A stretch of DNA of 59,485 nucleotides, filler included, from Platydemus manokwari (taxonomy: Eukaryota), in assembly GCA_037951405.1 (NCBI GenBank). It is 4 parts of 4 records of this genome, joined end to end, with 100 filler letters (N's around TTAATTAATTAA, not from the genome) between each part and the next. Parts side by side here need not be neighbours in the genome. Positions count along the whole stretch, not along the records: positions 15,281 to 28,710 come from JBBMOY011732508.1; positions 28,811 to 38,774 come from JBBMOY011184211.1; 2 more parts are not named here. One strand, given 5' to 3'. Made by a program: the position numbers and the translations under genes. The notes beneath the pieces were generated by a model. It ran no database searches. It saw nothing but the letters and a program-made list of their open reading frames with translations, and was not told where the DNA came from. Below, piece after piece: positions 24,101 through 38,184 of this stretch (positions are counted from its first letter, which is position 1; each line of letters begins with the position of its first letter).

Positions 24101-27100
24101 CCAATCGAACCCTTTAGACCTTTAATATTTATTATAGTTTAGTAACAATATTTAATATTAATACCATCAACACCAATTTCACCCTTTTGACCCTTGTCAC
24201 CCTTTATTGATTGATCACCTTCTAATCCAGGTTTTCCAGTATCACCTTTTGATCCTTTTGAACCTTTAACTCCCATATGTCCTACATATCCCCTGTCACC
24301 AGGCATACCTTTATCCCCAATCTCGCCAACATCGCCTTCAACACCAATTGAGCCTGCAGAACCTTTTTCACCATTAGGACCAGTAAGACCTTTGATTCCA
24401 CTACCAGGAATGCCAATGGCACCCTTATCACCCTTCATGCCTAAATATTTTTATATGATGATAAAAGTATTAGCAAGAATTTACCGTTTAGTCCGACATC
24501 ACCAATTTCACCTTTAATACCTTTTTCTCCGTAATCACCATTTTCACCATTATTACCTTTTTGACCAATTTTTCCAGGAATTCCAGGTACCCCTATAATA
24601 TATTATAGACTTATTATAGAGAATTAAATAATAAACCTTCATATCCTTTATGACCTTTCGGTCCTTTAGCTCCAGTCTTTCCTGGTTTACCTTTTCTACC
24701 AGGTATTCCATCCATCCCTTTAGAGCCTTTATCACCTTCAATACCTTTTTTTCCAACAGGACCTCTTAGCCCAGTTTCCCCATCATCACCAACATCTCCT
24801 TTAACTAATTTAGTACTAATATATAAATTCTATTTAAATTTCATACTTGTCGAATTAATTAATTTAACAAAATTGACTGTACAATTTCCTGAATCACCCT
24901 TTTCACCCTTTTCTCCTTGGGGTGCTTTCAAGCCTTTGTCACCTTGCAATCCTCTTTCTCCTTGAACTGGATTTGCATCTTTACCTCTTAATCCTTTTTC
25001 CCCAATTTCACCTTTAAATCCCTTAATACCTTTTTCTCCAATTTCACCTTTATTTCCCTATAAATGATTTCATAAATGATTTCATCTATAAAGCAGATAT
25101 TACCATTTTTCCATTATCACCAAATAATCCAGTCTTGCCAATAGCTCCTGTAGAGCCTTTAATGCCTTTATAACCCTCTATACCATGAGGCCCGTTATCA
25201 CCTTTAGAACCTTTGATTGCTGGGGATTTAATAACCATATTATCGCCCTTGTCTCCTTTAGTTCCTTTTAATCCAGGCTCACCTCTGTCACCATTATCAC
25301 CCTATATTAATTCATATATATATATATATATATAGAAATATATTTAATTAAATTACATAGCCGCCATCGAGTCCAATCGCACCATCGTTACCTGGACGCC
25401 CTCTATCACCTCTAGTCCCTGGATTTCCATCACGACCAGATGATCCATCTATTCCTTTTTCACCCTGCTCACCCATGAGTCCTTTATTACCCATTTTGCC
25501 TTTCTGGCAAACCTTACAAGCAGATCCAGGGAAACCTTTCATTCCTTTTGGACCTTGTTTCCCTTGTTTTCCATCCAAGCCATTTAATCCCTTCTCTCCT
25601 TTCGGACCTTTATCACCCGGAGTACCGGTTGTTGGCCGTCCAGAAGGACCCCTCTCTCCCTTAACTCCTTTCGAACCAGAATAACCTAATAAATAAAATA
25701 TTACCTAATATAAAATTTCACATGTAATAACCTTTGTCGCCCTTTTCACCATCATCGCCATCATCGCCCTTAATTCCTTTCACAGTTTTACCTTCTTCTC
25801 CAATATCACCTTCCTCTCCAAAATCTCCCCTAAATCCAATATCTCCTCTCTGACCATCAGAACCCGGTTCACCTAAATAATATTAAAGATACTTTATATT
25901 AAATTATATTCTAATACCAGTTTCCCCCTTTACTCCAACTTCACCTTTCCTGCCAGGTGCACAAGAATCTCCAATATCACCAACTGGCCCACTTGGGCCA
26001 ACAGATCCTTTATAACCCTTATCTCCTTGTTCGCCACGGTAACCTGATAATCCTTGATTGCCTTTATCCCCTTTATCTCCAATTATTCCTTGAGGACCTG
26101 TCATATTACCCACACACGTTCCATTTCCCTTTAATAATTTATATACAGATATTATATATAGATATAATAAAGATTTACCCCTGGTTCTCCAACTTCCCCC
26201 TTATAACCTCTGTTTCCATCTTTTCCGGGTGCTCCTTGAAAACCTTTAGAGCCCAAAGATCCTTTCTGCCCAATTGTTCCATCAGTTCCTCGAACACCCT
26301 ATTAAAAATTAATAGGGTTTCAAATTAATATAAACAAACTTTAGATCCTTTTCTTCCAATTTGGCCTTTGATACCAGGTGCTCCCTACATAAACAATTTA
26401 AATACAAAAACTAAATATCGATAAATTCAAACCCTTATTCCTTGATTACCAGTTTCTCCTTTTATTCCAGGATTACCTATAGTTCCATCAGAACCCTAAT
26501 AATTTAAATAATTATAACACTAATTATGTTGTTAATGTGATTAATAAATATAAAATTATTAACATAAGATTATAATAATAATATTATGAAATAAGTATTT
26601 TACTAACAGGTTCACCAGGTCTACCGATTGGACCCTGCTTTCCTTTATTCCCAAGATGACCTTTTTCACCAATATCACCACGTTGATCAGGTGGTGTTTT
26701 TCCTTGAAGTACTACCAATTTGCAGTCTGTGCCAGACTCACCTTTAAAACCAGGAACACCCTTTTCTCCTTTCTGTGCAAAGGCAGTAGGTTGACTACCG
26801 GGCTCACCAGGAATTCCAACTGGTCCTTCATTTCCTTTATGACCCTAAAAAGTTTTATATTTTCACCAACATTTGTGAAATAGATTACTTTAATTCCTTT
26901 ATCTCCTATCTCGCCATCTTTACCACGTTTTCCTAAAAAACCTTTACTACCTTTTTCGCCGGAATTTCCTTTATCACCGATAAGGCCCTTAATTCTTGTT
27001 TAATATCTGTTTTTTGAATTATGAAATACCTTCATTCCTTTTTCTGGCTGAAAGACATCCCCAGGTTCCCCAATGGTACCTTTTAACCCTTTAACACCTT

Positions 27101-27766
27101 TGTCTCCAAGAATTCCATTTCGACCAGTTAAACCTATATTTCCTGCTTCACCTTTTGTACCATTACACCCAGGTATCCCTAATTCACCCCTGTCACCAAA
27201 TAAACCGATATCACCCTAAAGGTCAAATCATTACATTATTAAATAAAGTTATAAATTTTACTGGGTCACCATGGGAACCGGGTACTCCATAATCTCCAGG
27301 TTCACCCTGAAATGTGTTTCGATATTTAATATACCAATATTAACACAGAAATAACATTACCCTGTCACCTGGTATACCGTCAGCACCATTAATACCACTA
27401 TCACCCATCGTTCCTTGTGGACCAAAAGGACCCATACTTCCTACATATCCTTTAGGACCTCTAGGACCGGGGTTTCCAATCCTGCCATAATCACCCTGGA
27501 AAAATTTAATTATTCAATTCAAATTATAAAATCACTTTAGATCCAGGAATTCCTATACATCGGCATGTATTTTGAGTGCAAATAGTATTACAATTCTTTC
27601 GACCCGTCCATTGCTGCAAGCACACATTATTTCATGTATCAATTTTAAATAAAACTTACGGAATTTGCTATAAATAAAGTACTCAGTACGAACAACCTTT
27701 AAAATTAAAAGAAATTAATTTTATTTTAATATCAAAAGTATACCAAGTCAATTGAATTTTATTCAT
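21168..27766 (-). CDS. Collagen type IV alpha chain (alpha2-like NC1), about 28 exons, roughly 1,750 aa
   Basis: ATG at 27766, signal-peptide-like MNKIQLTWLFVLSTLFIANS (exons 27766-27744, 27696-27660) and Cys-rich 7S start CNTICTQNTCRC (27613-27536). A long interrupted Gly-X-Y domain is split by mostly 40-65 bp introns. The C-terminal NC1 has 12 Cys (TRHYQ..CPIG..YEGYSF; DKSYWL; RCVTCE; GGGQSLSSPGSCL; SRCRVC), an intron at 21450-21499 and a stop at 21170-21168. DKSYWL and SLAPV resemble alpha2-type chains. Confidence 0.97.
25315..25333. repeat. (AT)n microsatellite in a collagen intron
   Basis: An atatatat run of about 9 units is directly visible. Confidence 0.9.
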
Positions 27767-28710
27767 TATATTGAATATTTTGTTGATTCACTAATGTAAT
27801 AGATCTCCAGCAATGAAACTGAAAAAATTCCAATCAAATTCAAAATTAAAATAAGAATTACAATCTTCTAATTCCTATTGATGATAAATAAAATTGGGAA
27901 TTCACTGTTTATATATGAATGATTTTCAGTGTGTGAAATTATTAATTTCAATATCAAGAGGTATGTAATAAAAATCGATGATGTGATTATTTTCCGATTG
28001 GTTTATCAGTTATACATCGATATTAGGATGACTAAAATCGTTGTGCTTGTAAATTTATGGGGATAATTATATGTAGGTGCTTAATATTACAGTTACGTGT
28101 GCATTAAAGATTTTAATTGAGATTTCTATATTTTTCGATTTCTAATAGTATTATTGTTAATTTTACAATTTTTTAATTTTAATTTTTTTATTTACTGTGT
28201 AATAGTAAAAATATCGAAATTATCATTTTAAAATAATCAAATTTCCATTCTAAATTAAATATTTTAATTATTATGAATAATATAATTATTAGTCATCACA
28301 TTCACTAATTAATGAAAATTGACTCCACTGTACTTTCAATAGGTGGTTAATTTCTTTTGAATTAAACGTTAAATCAATGCAATTAATACCTACTTAATAT
28401 TTAGTAAAAATTGTTAAATCTTACTTTCCTTTGGACTTTTTAAATTTTAATAGAATCTTAAATAAATCCAAGTTAAATAATCTATATATTGTACAAATAC
28501 TATCTTTAAGCTACATATAATAATTACTATTTGCTTGTGGTTTTATATGTTGATAATGATATTTTTAATTATTAAAATGTTGATGAGTATCTACAAAATT
28601 CAAAATTATAGAATTATCAAATTTAACCATGGTTATTTCTTGAAATAATAAGTAAAAGGGAAGTTTATGACTCTTAAGAATAATCTACTATAAATACTAG
28701 GTTTTTTCTT

Positions 28711-28810
28711 NNNNNNNNNNNNNNNNNNNNNNNNNNNNNNNNNNNNNNNNNNNNTTAATTAATTAANNNNNNNNNNNNNNNNNNNNNNNNNNNNNNNNNN
28801 NNNNNNNNNN
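28711..28810. other. Artificial assembly gap spacer (N44-TTAATTAATTAA-N44)
   Basis: Same 100-bp spacer as at 15181. Confidence 0.98.
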
Positions 28811-30305
28811 AATTTCATTAAATAAATATTTTAAAAAATGTTTTTGTTTTTTAAAAAAAAGCCGGAATCATACTAATACACCTAATACTTGTACAAATTT
28901 CAGATAAAATTTGCTATATTGCTATAATAAACGTTAAACGAAATGCATTGATGACCACATCCTTAGGAAACCTCAATGATATCTTAAGGATAACGTGGTG
29001 GCAGGTCATATAGGGGCTCCATTTTCACATCTCTGGAGCAAAAACGCATAGTCAGCGAATTAACAACCGCATGACAAACAATATCAGTTGTTTCTTTATT
29101 ATTAGTCCATTTATATCAAAAAATAATTAACATGTTTTTAAAATTATCAAATTATAATTAATTATTATCACTGCACTTTTAATTGCCACGATCACTTTCC
29201 TTTTTGTGAACTATGTTTATTTGTCTGACCTTCACATTTCTTTTTGAACACTTGATAAAATTTTGTCGAATTAATGATTTGTATATATTTCTTATCTTTC
29301 AATATTTCTTTAATAAGATGTTTACTTGGATTAAATTCCAAAAACATATCCAGCTAAGCGTGTCATAAATTTAACTAAATTCTGTAATCATAACACAATT
29401 GCTTAATTTTTGACTACGACATTCTTCAATTAATACCGTAAATATGAATTCATTCTTTTAATAATCTATAAACTGAATAAGATCATCAAACAGCTGGGAA
29501 TTGGATAAAATTTAATATAATTCAATCTCCCAATTTGTGCTGTCGCATCAAAATATCAAAACCAAACAAATATGACTCAATCATTTTGCTAATACCAAAA
29601 CAAATTATTACAGACGACTCTTTAACTCACGAACCTTTAAAGATCTTTCTTTCATAAGATATGTAGTTAGAAAATAGTTTGGGCTCAACAGTCTGTTTCA
29701 ATTCAAAAGCAACTCAGCGCGAGGCTTTATTATGGGGCTGATACTGGATAATTAATTAATTGCTAATTACTTAGGATACTGTTTGTGTTCATTTCATTCA
29801 AATTTAAAATAATATTTAGACTATTATAATTCGATAATCAATACAAATCAAGTGGATAAATAAAGTTTGTAAGAAAATATTTATTTTAAAACATAATTCA
29901 GTAGCTCTAGTCATAGTAGGTGCAATACAAAATAAAAAACCAAAGTAGAGAAATTACATTTATCATACATTCTCCAGTCACATTTCAAACTTGGATTAGA
30001 TATCTGATTTATGCTAATTTAAAAGTTCTTTTCTTATATGCTATGTAAAAGTGTACTTAAATTTTTTATTGCAAGATGTGTTTAATATTTTCGATACTTA
30101 AATTATTATTTAATCGTTTCGATTTCATTTTTAAAGTCAAATTTCATAGAACAGGTTAATACTTAATTGAACAAAAATTAATAATAATTAATTGAAATTT
30201 AACTTTATTTAAATATTAAATTTTGAATGCTTTGTTTAAATAATAAAATTAATTTTACTTTTGACAAAGTCTGTTAGGTGTTGGATTAAAATTTTTATCT
30301 GTCAG

Positions 30306-30366
30306 GTATGTAATAATTTTTTTAAAATGCATGCGTTATTTTTTTCATTTAAACTTTTAATACCAG
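30306..30366 (+). other. Probable 5'UTR intron of POR
   Basis: CAG|GTATGT donor at 30306 and TTTTAATACCAG acceptor ending at 30366, one base before the ATG at 30368. The 61-bp length is in the local short-intron range. Confidence 0.55.
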
Positions 30367-30367
30367 A

Positions 30368-33300
30368 ATGGAAACTAGTAATCCAGAAAATATACCAGAA
30401 ACAATAAAATCTAGTGGAATAGCTGGTTTTCGCTTCCTTAATTTAGGCCCAGTAGATTTATTAATCTTGCTATCTTTTCTTGGATTTATAATATTCTTTA
30501 TATATTCTCGTCGTAAATCTAAAGCGGCTGGAGATGGTGTTTCAGATAATTTTACCTTATTGTAAGTGAATATTGTAAATATTTCCGCTACACAAAGTAT
30601 TTATGTATATATAAAAACAAAAGTAACTTTATCTTTCAATATAAAAATATCCCAAAAATTATAATTCCATAAATATTGTTAATATATAACTTAAACCGAG
30701 GTTTTATTTTATCAGTTAGTTATTATTCTAATTTCAAATTTATCTATCTTATGATTGCTTATTAATTATTTTTTTACTTGTATTTTTTGACATATGTGAA
30801 GGGTATATTTGAAATATATGTTTACTTTTTTTAATGTTGAAATTTGAATTATCGATAGATAAATTTATTAATTTTAACGAAGAGTAATAATTAATTTTAG
30901 TGCCTATAATGCCTAAGGTCATTGTAATATATTGTGATTTAAATAAACAAATTTGCATTTATATATTTTGTCTACAATATTTATAAATGTTCTTTTTACT
31001 TTACACCCAGATTCACTTATTAAACATTTTTTATATTAATAATAATTTATGATTATGACTATATGAATGTTTGTGAGTAGGCTTTGTAAATAAGTTTTTA
31101 CACACTAATTTTTAATAATTGAAGTATTGTTCTATTGCTGAAGTAGAATAGGTTGTATGTTAAGCAATACATTTTCTTTAAACATATCCCATCTACCAAT
31201 AATATTTATTGAATATTAATTTAACTGTGTGTTATCTCTTGAAAACTATTTATATAACATTGAATATTGATTAAATAATTGTTAAGAAAATCACCAGAAT
31301 TATTACGAAGACGATCTTCATTAGCAGGTGGATTTATTGAAAAAATGGTTAAAGGAGTAAGAAAAATCTTTGAAATTTTTTTATTGGTATGTCAACTGAA
31401 TGCAGGGTAAAAATGTTGTTGTTTTTTATGGTTCACAAACTGGAACAGCTGAAGATTTCGCCAATCGATTGGCTAAAGAAGCTGTTCGTTATGGAATGAA
31501 AGGAATGGCTGCCGATCCAGAAGAGTGCGATATGGTGGGTTTCTTGTTTAACGCGATGAGACGTTTGTTTAAAAAACGAATCCCTATCTTGTTTCAGGAA
31601 GAATTGTTAAATTTATCTAGCATTGAAAATTCGTTGGCAATTTTTTGTATGGCTACTTATGGCGAAGGAGATCCAACGGATAATGCTCAAGAATTCTACA
31701 ATTGGCTTCAAAATGCAACTGACGTCAATCTAGATGGACTTCGTTATACGGTTAGATTCTATAATTTATCAATTATAGCATACACATAATGTACCACCTA
31801 TGTGATTGATGTTACGAAATGAAATATTGTCAATCACACTTGATTTTCTGTAAATATCGATTTTACTTTGTACAGTCTTTAAAAAAATGATTATATTGGG
31901 CATGTTTCAGAATATGGATTGCACAATGGTTGATAGTGTGTGTTTTGTTTGGTTAAATTTGCATTACTCATTGATTTTACCTTTCATCAAAATTTATTGA
32001 TTACAATATGATGAACATTGTTGATGCACAATGCATGCATAACCAATGATGTTCTAACTCGTAGTACCTGATATGATTGGTTGATATAAGTTTTACAATG
32101 AATTTAAGTTTGTTGCTTGTATCAGTTTATTAAATGACTTTGGTAAAACACTTCTAAACAATTGGAGCACTTGTAATAATTTTTGTAAATTATGGAAAAT
32201 TTACAATTAATTGATTTTTATTTTCTGTGAATTAATTAATTTAATAATTTTTTGAGATTATAAATTTTATCGATTTTTAAGGAAAACATGGTTTATAAAC
32301 CAAAGATACATAAAGTCATGTTAAATAACAATAGATAAAAATGTTCGTGCGATATCTTTAATTTGTTGATTGGAATGATCTTTATCAAGGAAAATTTAAT
32401 TTTTCTCCAAATATATCGGCATATATATACAAAAAGTTACATCAGGATATTTCGGTTTATTTTTATATTAAATATTAACCAGAGTCAAAAGTGAGAAATA
32501 CAATCGTATAATCAAATAAATTAATATAATTCTTTTTAATGATAATCACTCCAATTGTTTTTGAAATGAGCATGGCACTCCATTTATGAAAAGATTTGAA
32601 ATATTCACGACATTTATCGATTAAAAATCAAGTGTAAATGTATTTTAAAAAATACCGAAAAACTTTTAATCATAATCAATAAGGCTATTGAAGTTGTTAA
32701 CATTATAATTATTATTGAATGATTATAAGTGGAACGATTTATCTGTGATTCAAATGTGATCTAGGTTCAAAATATCACTGTCTAATGGATTTGTATAATG
32801 TCTGTATTAATATATTAATTACAAATTAAGTACGATTTTGCATTAAGTAATGAAATACACTCAAAATTTAAAACATCATAAACATGAAATGACAAACATT
32901 TCGTATTAATTATTTAAAATCCAATGATGATAATTATTAGCTAAAATGTATTTCACAGCGAGCATCCTTCAAGAGTCGTTTTAGCAAAGCGATGAAATAT
33001 TCACATAAGCTCAATCATAAGATCAGGTTCATCTTCTTTAAGTTCTTGAATTAAAGAAAAGTGATTGGTTTTTGGATCTAGCTTCATTTTAAGAATGCGA
33101 TAAGCCGAAGATTTTGAAATACTAAAGCTCTTAGATATGGAGAAATTAGTATCTAATTTATTCGTAATAACAACTTTATTTTCCTATTTATCATCACAAG
33201 ATTTCCCTTCTAGTTTTTCGACAACATTTGCAATTGATTCAAATCTCCAAATTAATGAATTGATTGATTTATCATAAAAATCCTCGAAAAGACCGGCTTC

Positions 33301-36300
33301 TTCCCAACAGTTTCCTGTTTCTTTACAATAAATATGCGCTCTTTTAATCCTTTGATGGTTTGGCATAGTTGAAATTGAATAGACTCGCTCATCAAACAAT
33401 CAAAGAATTATAATTTTTTAAGTTAGTAGAATTTACTGCGATAGAACGAGTGTCATTTTTAAATATTCATAAATTCCTGCAAGTTTTGATTGGAATTAAT
33501 TGTGGGACACCATTTTTCAGAGGAAAAGGAATAAAATTTCAAAATTATTGTTTACTGAATTGTAGGCACTTTAATTTTGGATCGGCAACTATTATAGTGC
33601 TAAAATATTATTAATTATCATTATTATTCACGTTCAATCAACTATACGAAATTATTAGCTCTCAAAGTATATACTAGAATCACAAAATTATAATTTAATT
33701 GTTAATGAGACAATGGAATCGACGATAAAAGTAACTATGGCAATAAACAGTAAATCTTGTCTAAATTTTATGAACGGAAGTTCTACCATTGATTTTGTTG
33801 CTGTTCTTGACTTATAATTTTAATAAATTAAAATGAATATCTACTCATATGTTAATAAAGACTTAGAAATTTAATTTACCGTTCATGTCTAGGTGTTTGG
33901 ACTCGGTAATAAAACCTATGAAAATTTCAATGCTATGGGTAAATACTTTGATAAACGATTGGCAGCATTGGGTGCTACAAGAATTCATGAAATGGGAACT
34001 GGTGATGACGATAGTAACATTGAAGATCATTTTATTACATGGAAAGAGGAAATGTGGAAATCAGTGTGTACACATTTCGGTATTTCTGGCGATAAAATCG
34101 ATGTGAAGTTGGTTAAAATAATTTCATGATTCTCATGGATAAGTAATGATTCAGTTTGCGACAATATCAACTAGAGCCACCTAGCAATATTCCGGAAAAT
34201 AAAATATATAAAGGTGAAGTCACTAGATTGGGAGCATTTGAAAAACAACGACCGTAAAATATTTCTTTGTTGTTAATGATTTAATTATTTTGCAGGCCTT
34301 TCGACGCAAAAAATCCTTTTCTATCAAAGGTTATTGCCAAAAGGGAATTATGTAAAGGTGGTGATCGATCGATCCTATTTCTCGAATTTGATATTACTGG
34401 CTCGAGAATGAAATATGATTGTGGAGACCACGTTGCCGTATTACCAACAAATGATCCTATTGTTGTTGAAAAATTAGCTAAGCGGTTAAATGTTAACCTC
34501 GATCAAGTTTTCTCGATGGTTGCGATTGATGGTTGGTTATTCATAAATTTTAGACTGTTTTCCGGTTTCCTATTATTTCCAGATGATAATCCCAAACGCC
34601 ATCCATTTCCTTGCCCAACAACGTACCGAACGGCCTTACTCCATTATGTTGACATTAATAACCCACCGAAAACCAATGTTCTTGGTGAATTATCAGACTA
34701 TGCCACTGACAAGGAAGAAATGGAATTTTTGAAGAATCTTTCATCGATTGAAGGCAAAGTATGGAAATATGTTATTTTTTTTATTTCCGTGCTAATTTTT
34801 CCATTGAATTTGTTTCCTATCTTATAAAAATCTATCAGTGAAAATTGAAATAATTATTGTTTTCCCGCTTTTTATTAAGCAGTTTGTTAAATGTAAAACG
34901 ATTTTCATAAAACACAAAATAATTTCTCAAAACCTGTTTGCCATTCATGAATATCGAATGGCTAATCGGTCATTTAATAATTCTATCATTGGTTAATTCT
35001 AAATAACACTCATATTTCATTTTGGTTCCATATCAACACAAGCCCTTACATTTGATGCTGACCAATTGGCCGCACTAGATGTATTTTTATTCGCTCGTTT
35101 TTGATAGAGCTGTATCTGTGACATGAGAGGAGGTACTTTAATATGATTTATTAGCTATTATTTTCACCAGCGCGACGGAAGGTTGGTGATTATTGATAAA
35201 GATTTACTGCGTTTTGATTGCAAGATCATTTGTTGAATTAAATTATGGCGATGTGCCAACGAATAATCTGATTCATTTCATCTGATTCACCTGTTAAATC
35301 ATCACTTCGATATAGACAACAAAGTCCTATTAATGATACAAATCAATTTCTGAAATAATATAAAATAATACAATAAATAAAATTCAACGTATTTGTACTA
35401 TTATTGATTTTTAAATCATAAACCGTTTTGTCTTTAATTAGTGGCTGGAAAAATACTAGTATCGATTATTGATTCTAATCCAAAAGAAAACGAGGAATTG
35501 AGTTTATAGGGTTATCGATAGGCTGTTTTCTCAAGTTCCTGCTCACATGTTTGTAAATTGATCAACTCTTTAAGCAGCTTGTGCATGTGTGATTAATATT
35601 AACATATTCAATTAAAACAATTACCGGAACGAGTACTTGTTGAAATAAAGTTTTATCTATTTTTCTATTGATATGGCTTTTACTGTCCTATTTTTACTTG
35701 ACTTGACTTTAGTGTAAACAGTGTCTTACACACTATTGATCGCAGCATTTTTTATTGCTCTTTTTAAATGCGATAAAGTGAAATTTAAATGATCAATTTT
35801 TCTTTTGAAGGAATTTTTTATTTTAGATTTTATACACTATTTTAAATAAAGTTTTAAACAAAACCAGAGCAGGCGGAAAAAGGTGTTCTAAAAAAAATTT
35901 GGTCGTTAAGTGTTTTAAAAAATAATTGGAATGGAGGGGTTTATATTTAGAATGAATTCGATGAATTTAAATCAAAAATTATATTATGATAATAAAATGA
36001 TATGATATTATTTGGAACTTATATTTAAAAATAAAACGAATCCTTTATAGTTAAAAATTTTTCATGGACGGTGTGATTCAATTATATCATGTAACTTCTT
36101 ATCGTTTGTGCTGGGCCACAAAATAAGGTGTAGTAGTAAAAGTTCTGCCGGAGGATGTTTTTACCGACAAAATATTATTGAATTTTAAATTTATCTGCAA
36201 ATAATCACAGATCAGTTTTTTCAGTAGGATTGTTTCATATTATTAACCTTTATTATTGAATATTTAATAATTATCGGAAAATAATCTTATAGTTCTTATG

Positions 36301-38184
36301 TTACGATTAATCTGTGGTTTTATGAATAAATAGTTGCTTCTAAAATTGCAATTCAAGTTTTAATGAAAATAAAATGTAACCTATTTATTTGTCAATAATA
36401 TTTATTGTTTGTCACTTTTTATAACTTTATTAATTCAACGTTGAGAATCAACGAAATCTCAATAAATAATCTAGTTCCATTTGAATTGCATGTGTACAAA
36501 TCAAACTGATTGCTAAAAATATTTCCCATTACAGAAAAAATACCAAGAATGGATTCTCGATGACAGGCGAAATATCTTAGCTGTCTTAGAAGATCTTCCA
36601 TCTCTGCAAGTTCCAATCGATCATTTATTAGAATTGTTGCCACGGTTACAAGTGCGTTATTATTCGATTTCATCTTCCCCGAAAGTCTGTCCAAATTCAA
36701 TTCAAATAACATTCGTTGTCGTCGATTACATGACAAAAACAAGTAATTTATTTTTTCACATTTTTTCATGAACACCGCTGGTTATATTTATCTTCATTAA
36801 CAATTATTTGAAACCAATCTGAATTTTCTCTTGTCTTTTGTATCTTATTTTTATTTTGCAATCAAGAATAACCTCTTTACACAGAAAAAGTCGATTTTCA
36901 AAAGGTTAAATTGCAATTATTCTATCTAATCATAAAATATTAATATTTATTTCATATAAATATATTTTGCTTCACGACGCAGTGGTAGAATACCTCATTG
37001 TGACTGTAAGATTTCTAGTTAAACGATTGTTTAGTTCAGCTTTCTTGAGTGGACGAGAAATTTATCTACAGCCCTGTTGATAATGTATCATCAAACAAAT
37101 CTGTTCACTTGGTTTATACAAAACACAAACATTTGAAGTTGTTAAAATATGTAGTTGAATCACGTAGTTTTAATTCTTTCATGGTAATAAGATAATATTA
37201 TTGAATTAATGATTTGAAAATCAATGATATTGATTTTTTCATTAGAAATTGTTTAATTTATTAATATTTTGCAATTTTCAAAACCATTGGTAAAATGTTT
37301 ATTATCTCCAATTTATCTGTGACAACTTAATGAATTATTAAAAGTGGTTGATTGGATTGAATATAATGTTGTTTTATATACGTCACGTAGAATTTCATAA
37401 CAGATTTCTAAATTAAGAAACTTTACGTCAATTCATTGAGTTTGTTTAAATAATTAAAGTACATCTAATGAATTGTAATGATTACGATTGTCAATAGATC
37501 GAAACATGAAGGGCACAGCTACACATTATTTGGATATGAAAACTCCTTCATCAACGGAGGTGCCAGTAGTTCCAATTTATGTACGAAGAAGTCAATTTAG
37601 ATTACCATTTAAAAGCAAAATGCCAATTATAATGGTGGGTCCCGGAACAGGTATTGCACCTTTCATGGGATTCATCCAAGATCGATCAGTGGCCAAAGAT
37701 GCTGGTATAGCTACATATTTGAAAAATATTTTATCTTCGATACATAACTAATCTATTAGGAAAACCAATTGGCGAAACTATCTTGTATTTTGGTTGCCGT
37801 AAACAAAAAGAAGATTTTATCTATGAAGATGAATTAAAGAAAGCTCACTCAGATAATGTTTTAACCGATTTCTATGTGGCCTTCTCGAGAGATCAACAGG
37901 AAAAAAATTATGTACAGCACATCATGTCTAGAGAGAAAAATCGAAAGCAGATTTGGGATATAATAAATGGTGGTGGCCATTTCTACATTTGCGGGTAATG
38001 AGAACTCAGATTTGTTATTGAATCACTTTATCGTTATAGAGATGCAAAATATATGGCTAAAGACGTCAACAATTGCTTGTTACAGATTTTCCAAACCGAA
38101 GGTGAAATGACAAGTACTCAGGCACAAGACTACCTTAAGGTCATGCAAAACAAAGGTCGACATTCGTCGGACGTTTGGAGTTAA
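30368..38184 (+). CDS. POR: NADPH-cytochrome P450 reductase, 12 coding exons
   Basis: Exons 30368-30561 (membrane anchor), 31287-31356, 31406-31534, 31598-31750, 33893-34107, 34155-34253, 34296-34531, 34583-34758, 36535-36742, 37498-37704, 37760-37994 and 38040-38184, all in phase. FMN motifs [21 protein letters not shown] and FGLGNKTYE; FAD motif RYYSISS; NADPH motifs [18 protein letters not shown] and YICGDA; C-terminal DVWS. Confidence 0.98.
32980..33400 (-). mobile_element. Degenerate Tc1/mariner-type transposase N-terminus (HTH region) in a POR intron
   Basis: The minus frame reads [61 protein letters not shown]. This matches the RF..TGSV / IS.SSV.RIL / L.QEL..DD.D pattern of mariner-like transposases. 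Contains stops. Confidence 0.7.

Noticed and set aside
22362-26883. Plus-strand Pro/Ser-rich ORFs (22362, 22799, 23430, 23447, 25475, 25957, 26656)
   Set aside because: These are antisense shadows of Gly-X-Y codons, since GGN reversed gives periodic Pro/Ser.
36419-36775. 118-aa minus-strand ORF as a nested gene
   Set aside because: It is antisense to POR exon 36535-36742 and has no independent support.
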